From: a virus | Virus genome (UHGV): UHGV-0094927 | Reading direction: 5' to 3' (one strand) | Length of the DNA: 22,135 nucleotides | Part shown: one piece after another, positions 20,238 to 22,135 of the stretch | How the letters are laid out: every line of letters begins with the position of its first letter | How positions within the stretch are numbered: position 1 is the first letter of the stretch | Translations under genes and position numbers: made by a program | Notes under the pieces: model-generated | The model's input: only the letters and a program-made list of their open reading frames with translations | The model's database searches: none | What the model was told of the DNA's origin: nothing

Positions 20238-20703
20238 GGTTGAATAGCTCCTTGATACGAGAGCGTCGCTTATCGCGATCTCCCTTATCAGGTGTCACGT
20301 CTTCAACTTGCGACTGCTCTTTGAGGCCCAAATCACGGGCGATGATGTTAGCGTTGAGAAGGTCAGCGGCTGCGCCAGAGAATTTCTGGTCGTAGATGAT
20401 GTCTTCCGCTCGTGATGTGACGTCAGAAAAACCTTCCATTGACCGGAAGGTTCCCCATGTTTGCCTGGTGATATCAAGGAAGGTACACAATCCTGAAATA
20501 GTCATGGCTCGCATCTTAGGGACATTAGCCTTAATTATTTCTCCCTGATATGAAAATACCTTACCCTCCCATAGCGGGTTATCATCAGCCCACTCGAAGT
20601 ATTCACAACAAGCAGCCCACAGCGCCTCAGGCGATTCGAATTTAGGATTTCGCCCATGACTACTGCGGGCCTCCCAAAATCGGTTGCCCTTTGGTGCTGC
20701 CAT
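20215..20703 (-). CDS. Terminase small subunit, P22 gp3-like
   Basis: 162 aa (P22 gp3 is 162 aa), [38 protein letters not shown]...; ATG 20703 preceded by GAAGGGA. Confidence 0.92.
   Translation of the reverse strand: MAAPKGNRFWEARSSHGRNPKFESPEALWAACCEYFEWADDNPLWEGKVFSYQGEIIKANVPKMRAMTISGLCTFLDITRQTWGTFRSMEGFSDVTSRAEDIIYDQKFSGAAADLLNANIIARDLGLKEQSQVEDVTPDKGDRDKRRSRIKELFNRGTGRDS
20408..20435 (-). other. Candidate pac (packaging initiation) site inside terS
   Basis: Minus-strand read GAAGGTTTTTCTGACGTCACATCACGAG in the central part of terS (codons for EGFSDVTSR) resembles, from memory, the P22 pac segment, which lies at the equivalent position of gene 3. Contains the palindrome TGACGTCA. Inference only. 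Confidence 0.3.
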
Positions 20704-20708
20704 ATTGA

Positions 20709-20798
20709 TTATTTCCCTTCTGCTTGCTTATCCCATTCATCGCGGAATTTGGATGGGTTGTCGAAGCCCTGAGAGCCTGAACAAACTTTGATTACCAT
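20709..20798 (-). CDS. Possible 29-aa micro-ORF between the Cys-rich ORF and terS
   Basis: ATG at 20798 preceded by AAGGAG (7 nt spacing), overlapping the upstream ORF stop (TAATG); encodes [29 protein letters not shown] and stops 5 nt before the terS ATG. Could equally be just the terS leader. Confidence 0.25.
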   Translation of the reverse strand: MVIKVCSGSQGFDNPSKFRDEWDKQAEGK

Positions 20799-20992
20799 TA
20801 CTTAGCTCCTTTCTGCTTGCCTGTGTTTGATGTCGTTTCAGCAGCAGCCCCAGAGCAATTAACGCTACCCGCAACACCATATCCATAACCAGTCTTGAAG
20901 AAATTGCTGCCAGTAAATTGGTTAACAATCTTCCCGCAGCACGGGCAGCGTTGGCATTGGCAATAAGGGGATTGATTATTCCAGTGATACAT
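20798..20992 (-). CDS. Small Cys-rich hypothetical protein (about 64 aa from the internal ATG)
   Basis: Track ORF 20798..21067; from the ATG at 20992 it reads MYHWNNQSPYCQCQRCPCCGKIVNQFTGSNFFKTGYGYGVAGSVNCSGAAAETTSNTGKQKGAK, with a CxCxxCxCC cluster suggesting metal binding. Same strand and operon as the terminase genes. Confidence 0.35.
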   Translation of the reverse strand: MYHWNNQSPYCQCQRCPCCGKIVNQFTGSNFFKTGYGYGVAGSVNCSGAAAETTSNTGKQKGAK

Positions 20993-21365
20993 CTTGTTTC
21001 TCCTGAATGAATGGCAGGAAGTGATTAACCATCCTGTCCAGCATGTAACAGTACGTCTCGTTGGCATCTTCAGGCCTTGTCGTCACGCCGACATCAGAGC
21101 AAACGTAAAAGCAGACGTGGGCGCACTCATGAACGAGCGTAGCGATCTGCTGATCGAATACTCCAATCAGATAGCATCGCTCACCCGTATCAGTGTTTTC
21201 ATAGTTGCTTGCAAACCCAAGATTGAATGGCTTCTCATCCCCGCTGCCGCCAAGGAATTTATCAGCGTGCTGAAACTGTTCTCTGGTTGTTGCGAGGTAG
21301 ACATGTGCCCTTTGAAACAGCGGAATGGTGAACGCCGGGAGTTTGTGCCATTTGGCCTTAGCCAT
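20976..21365 (-). CDS. Hypothetical 129-aa protein with an HExxH motif (possible small zinc metallopeptidase-like protein)
   Basis: ATG 21365 overlaps the stop of the upstream ORF. Sequence contains ...IATLVHECAHVCFYVC... (H-E-C-A-H). No family recognised. Confidence 0.55.
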   Translation of the reverse strand: MAKAKWHKLPAFTIPLFQRAHVYLATTREQFQHADKFLGGSGDEKPFNLGFASNYENTDTGERCYLIGVFDQQIATLVHECAHVCFYVCSDVGVTTRPEDANETYCYMLDRMVNHFLPFIQEKQDVSLE

Positions 21366-21366
21366 A

Positions 21367-21621
21367 TCACACTCCAGCGGTGAACAGGTCTAACGCTTCC
21401 TTCGACTTACGCACCGCTTCGATAGTGCGGGTCGTGATATCTGAATTAGCGCCACCTGACTGGAAGTGAATTTTGAATAGCTCAAGCTTCAGTTCGTCAG
21501 TGCCAATGAATTGAAATGCTTCTTCTGCGGCTGCGTTCTGGTTCATGACCAGTTTGTAAATCTCTAACTGGAATTTCTGTTCTTCAGTCATGGGAATAAT
21601 CTCTGCCATTGTTGGCTCCAT
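21367..21621 (-). CDS. Hypothetical small acidic protein (84 aa; 80 aa if started at the second ATG, 21609)
   Basis: MEPTMAEIIPMTEEQKFQLEIYKLVMNQNAAAEEAFQFIGTDELKLELFK...; the second ATG (21609) has GGAG 7-8 nt upstream. Stop overlaps the start of the HExxH ORF. Function unknown. Confidence 0.5.
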   Translation of the reverse strand: MEPTMAEIIPMTEEQKFQLEIYKLVMNQNAAAEEAFQFIGTDELKLELFKIHFQSGGANSDITTRTIEAVRKSKEALDLFTAGV

Positions 21622-21713
21622 TTATCCGTTAAAAGGGATATCAGTTAAGTTATCCCGTGTAGGGTATAAGCCATTATCAAAGCCACTCTGTAGGGAATGG
21701 CTTTTGTGATGGC

Positions 21714-21739
21714 AATAAAAAAGGCCGCCTGAGCGACCT
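21714..21739 (-). terminator. Intrinsic terminator-like hairpin downstream of a small ORF
   Basis: Minus-strand read AGGUCGC-UCAG-GCGGCCU (7-bp stem with one G-U) followed by UUUUUUAUU; starts 10 nt after the stop (TGA, 21749-21751) of ORF 21749..21913. Confidence 0.45.
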
Positions 21740-21748
21740 GTTAGTTGT

Positions 21749-21913
21749 TCACAACTTGCATTGTTGAAGGTTCAGCATGTCGAAAAATGATCCGCATTTG
21801 GGGGTATTTTCCATTCTTGCCCTCTCTTCAGCCGCTTTGTAATAAGCCATTGGCCTTTTCACACCATCAGCACCAGTGATGTATTCAACACCTTCCTTCG
21901 GATCTTTACTCAT
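21749..21913 (-). CDS. Hypothetical small protein (54 aa from ATG 21913)
   Basis: The track ORF starts with TTG at 21937; the first ATG is at 21913 (MSKDPKEGVEYITGADGVKRPMAYYKAAEERARMENTPKCGSFFDMLNLQQCKL). Followed by a terminator hairpin. No homology recognised. Confidence 0.35.
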   Translation of the reverse strand: MSKDPKEGVEYITGADGVKRPMAYYKAAEERARMENTPKCGSFFDMLNLQQCKL

Positions 21914-21923
21914 AATCCAAACT

Positions 21924-22085
21924 CTAGTAGCGACCAAAAGTTGAAATATCTTTAAGAATTTTAATTTGTAAGGTGTTAAGGCGGTATTCTCTTTCCAATT
22001 CAGAAAGAATCACATCCTCAGCGACACTATTTCTAGCAGTATCAACTCCTAAGATAATAGCCAATGCCTGCATAAACTTTTTCAT
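21924..22085 (-). CDS. Hypothetical small protein (53 aa), below the ORF-track size cut-off
   Basis: Hand translation of the minus strand: ATG at 22085 with GAGG 7-10 nt upstream, MKKFMQALAIILGVDTARNSVAEDVILSELEREYRLNTLQIKILKDISTFGRY, stop TAG at 21924-21926. Confidence 0.3.
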   Translation of the reverse strand: MKKFMQALAIILGVDTARNSVAEDVILSELEREYRLNTLQIKILKDISTFGRY

Positions 22086-22096
22086 CACAACCTCGT

Positions 22097-22135
22097 CTAG
22101 TTGTTCGTCATAGATTCAGTGGCAGGCGGTGACGA
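22097..22135 (-). CDS. 3' end of a minus-strand ORF whose start lies beyond the window
   Basis: Minus strand reads ...SSPPATESMTNN then TAG (plus 22097-22099), open to the window edge. By P22 gene order the lysis cassette should lie in this direction, but identity cannot be established from 12 codons. Confidence 0.25.
   Translation of the reverse strand, partial: SSPPATESMTNN

Noticed and set aside
20737-20928. 63-aa minus-strand ORF with a hydrophobic stretch
   Set aside because: Overlaps the Cys-rich ORF in another frame and has no convincing start context; kept only as a weak alternative.
20994-21383. Plus-strand 129-aa ORF mirroring the HExxH ORF
   Set aside because: The minus-strand ORF matches the operon direction, has start/stop coupling to neighbours and contains the HExxH motif; the plus-strand frame is most likely its shadow.
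1-22135. CRISPR arrays, insertion sequences, rRNA genes
   Set aside because: No direct-repeat/spacer periodicity, no transposase-like ORFs or terminal inverted repeats, and no rRNA-like sequence seen.

Overview
This 22.1-kb window reads as one contiguous segment of a P22-like temperate podophage genome from an enterobacterial host (the GtrA/GtrB proteins look Shigella/E. coli-type). Left to right: the 3' part of a tyrosine integrase gene on the + strand with a broken reading frame; an att core that is the 3' half of a tRNA-Thr(CGU) on the minus strand; a gtrA-gtrB-gtr(type) O-antigen glucosylation (serotype conversion) operon on the + strand; then, convergent on the minus strand, the full virion block in P22 order: tailspike, three ejection proteins, gp14-like, tail needle, gp10, gp4, a small ORF, coat, scaffold, portal, large and small terminase. 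The right end holds a stack of small uncharacterised ORFs upstream of the terminase genes. Protein identifications rest on my recognition of the translated ORFs and on gene order, lengths and start/stop coupling; no searches were run. The most interesting points are an unusually long, AT-rich type-specific gtr gene of unknown specificity; an integrase disrupted twice within about 20 nt beside an intact attP-type core; an ejection protein carrying an N-terminal lytic transglycosylase domain; a tail needle with a C-terminal extension; and an unannotated small-protein module, including an HExxH protein, just upstream of terS. I found no clear-cut novel multi-gene defence system; the small-ORF module and the gtr(type) gene are the best candidates for undescribed biology.
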